Of a stretch of DNA of 64,000 bases, positions 61,227 through 64,000 are shown one piece after another. The notes under the pieces were generated by a model, which was given only the letters and a program-made list of their open reading frames with translations, searched no databases and had not been told where the DNA came from. The position numbers were made by a program, and so were the translations under genes. Source of the DNA: Haliotis rufescens. Taxonomy: Eukaryota. The DNA is taken from NCBI RefSeq assembly GCF_023055435.1, contig NW_025963891.1, positions 9,858,001 through 9,922,000 on the forward strand. The letters run 5' to 3'. Positions within the stretch are counted from its first letter, which is position 1. Each line of letters opens with the position of its first letter.

Positions 61227-64000
61227 TTGTAAGGTGAGTTGTATTGAACGTGATATAGGCGAGGTAAGGTGAAGTGAGGCGGGATGAGTTTTAACATCGC
61301 GTTCAAGATTATTGCACTCCATGTGGCGGCTTGTTCTCGTCCGGACTTTATAGTGCTTGCTCACTGAGATGCCATGTCGCAGTTTCACATAGAAACCCCA
61401 CTCTGACACATTATACTCAGACACCGAGCCGGCCAGTGCTTGTTGATGGTTGATGTTGCGCTAAAGCACACACGGGTGCTTTTGAACATTGCTACTCTCC
61501 TTTTACAAACTGAAATTATGTACTGTTTCGTGTTGATTCCCAAATTGAAATAGTATGTTAATCCAGAAGTCTGAACGTAAAAGAACTTCGTGTGAAACCA
61601 ACAAACAACCAGCATGTTGTATACAATCAACAAATGAATTACAAAAATTAACTGGGTTTACAAATCAGGACAAATTACTCCACATTAATTACAATGGCGC
61701 CTCGGGCAATACACCACGGAGGTTTTCCTTCTGTCTACGCAATAGTTACACCGCTGTCTGAGGAACAAGTTTCGGTTGGAACTATTGACTGTTTGTTTCG
61801 TTTACTTCAACGCCACAATCAGCACTATTCCAGCTATATGAAGGCCTGTCTGAACCAGACACGCAATCAGCCAAATTACCGAGTCTGGCCACTCGACCCA
61901 TTAAGTCGCCTCTAACGACCAGCATAGGTTGATTGGGAGAAATACTTACTCTGGACCAACTGTCTTCTGCTCCCCAGACGGATGCTCTGTCCACTCTGAT
62001 ATGAAATATTCTTACATTATTACACATGACACGGTTAACTTCAGTGTGTATTTTTGGTATTGCAGATGCTGACAATGCTGCCTCTCGATCCTTCAGCGCA
62101 CACGAACAACGTCACGTGTAAAACATTGTCAATAAAACTTTGCATTTGACCAGAGTACTGTTGTTTCTTGGACGGTTTATGTGAGATATGGAGATCATTT
62201 GTTGAACCTGTGTCATATAATAGGCACGTGAAAATTATTTAGCAATCGAATCCTAGTGGAACGCCATTTATCACACCATACATAACATAGACTCTCGACA
62301 GTCAAGAACGCAAAGAAATTGGTCCAGGCTGGTCAACTGATGATCAAATGAAACTACTTTAACACGTTTTTCTATTATCGTTCTATTTTGAGGATAGAGG
62401 AAGGGAGTTGGGTTTGGTTTGTCCAAGGAACGGAACTCTGCACGGCGAATAGCGGCGCCTCAGACGACTGAACCAATCGCATCCTCATCCTTGAGGATAG
62501 ACCATTATGCGGTGAACTAAATACTCAGAATCAGACATTATACGATTAAATGAGGAGACACATGTATACAGGATCAAGACAAATGGACATAATAAGTTGT
62601 CACCAGTTAATTCCTGAAACAAATTGAAATAAAACGGTTATTGGCAAATGAACCCATTACGATTACTATTTTCAACAGATATCCTAAGAAGATAAACAGA
62701 ACGAAGCTATCGCGTGTACAGCAAAGAGTGAGTGAGTTTAGGTTAACGCCTCTTTGAACAGTACGTCAGTTTCATCAGCACTCGTGACGGGTGCTATAAT
62801 GCTATGTCACACATGGGTGCTCTTGAATATTAATACTCTCTTTTGATTAATTGAAATTATATTCACTGCTCCACGGCTCAGTCATATATATCCGCTTCAC
62901 CCACGGGCACTTTACCGGGGATCATGTAAATGTACAGTGACAAAGACAATAAGGAGACATGTAAGGTTCAACCATTTCATTGCATGGTACAAGTGACGGG
63001 TAATCGTGACCTAGTGTCGCACGGGATATGATGTGGTAGTGCATGGTTGCCTAGCATTGGACAATAAGTGAAGGAAACATTACATTCCTTAGAACTATTA
63101 TCAGATGGATACCAGACCTATCCTTCATTTGAATGGTTAAAGCTTCACCAACGTTACAAACTTTTAACTCAGAACTTATCAACTTGAAATATTTGAATAA
63201 ACTTTAATTTTAAAGTCTCTGCAATGAGCATGACCTTTCACGGGGCACAAAGTGCTCTTGTCTCACAAGGTAAGAGATTCAGTCTAACTAGTGGTCTGGT
63301 GACTCTCTTGGAACATCTCCTTTCAGTCTCTTCACATTCCTGCTGTAGTACAGTAGGTCTGGTATTCATCTCGTCAGGCACTGATAATGATGTACTCGTA
63401 GTGTCTTGATGGTCATCTGGCTTCCACTGCTCAGTTGTCTTGTTGCTGGACATTACTGAATCTCACTTACAGTCACGGTATCTGCCGTCCTAGTAGTTTC
63501 CTCCCACATATGAGTGAGTGAGGAATGAGTATGGTTTTACGCCACTTCTACATTGCAACAATATCACGAAAGGGACACCGGAACATGGGCTTCATGCATT
63601 GTACTCAGGTGGGAATAAAACCCGGGTGTTTGCCGTGACGAACTAACACTTTTACAACTAGGCTACCTCATCGTCCCTGTGATGTGCAGTACTACAGTAT
63701 ATTTGTTTTGTTTATATTTAATTCACTTACTTTATTTGAATGTTCATCTGGAATATAATTATATATTAATCATAAAATATCGTAAAATATCACTGACATT
63801 AAATGTTTGGAGAATTGACAATACCTGAAGTTGATGTCATAATGCGTTATCACCCAAATAGATGTTATCCCACACCAGGGTGGTGAACACATTGCCGCGA
63901 AATCCATAGGGAACATCGGTTTCATGCTGTAATTTTGTTTTGTCGTCAAAGCCGTATCAAGAGTCACCGAGTAGGAAACGCCGTGTCCTAACGAGTTGAG

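Noticed and set aside
1-64000. CRISPR arrays, operons, prokaryotic defence systems, rRNA
   Set aside because: The sequence is eukaryotic (spliceosomal introns, SINEs, LINEs); no regularly spaced repeats or rRNA-like segments were seen.

Overview
AT-rich, repeat-dense animal genomic DNA; the SINE families suggest a gastropod mollusc such as abalone (inference). The main content is invisible in the ORF track: a cluster of seven paralogous copies of a small spliced gene with 9 coding exons plus a probable non-coding terminal exon. Spliced by hand, it encodes a 193-aa secreted protein with a signal peptide and two tandem saposin B-type (SAPLIP) domains. Layout: <-A (lacks exons 8-9), <-B (lacks exons 1-3, frameshift), C-> (lacks exon 1), <-D (complete but exon 7 acceptor destroyed), E->, F->, G-> (intact). 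The copies sit in ~10 kb duplication units arranged in tandem and inverted, and the array runs off the right edge of the window. An intronless Rhes/Ras-dva-like small GTPase with a degenerate G3 box and no CAAX lies directly downstream of copy A. The rest is transposon debris: two Tc1/mariner elements, a PIF/Harbinger, a Gmr1-type gypsy fragment, LINE fragments, three SINE families (several with TSDs), microsatellites and a 200-N gap. All gene models are manual, from sequence alone.
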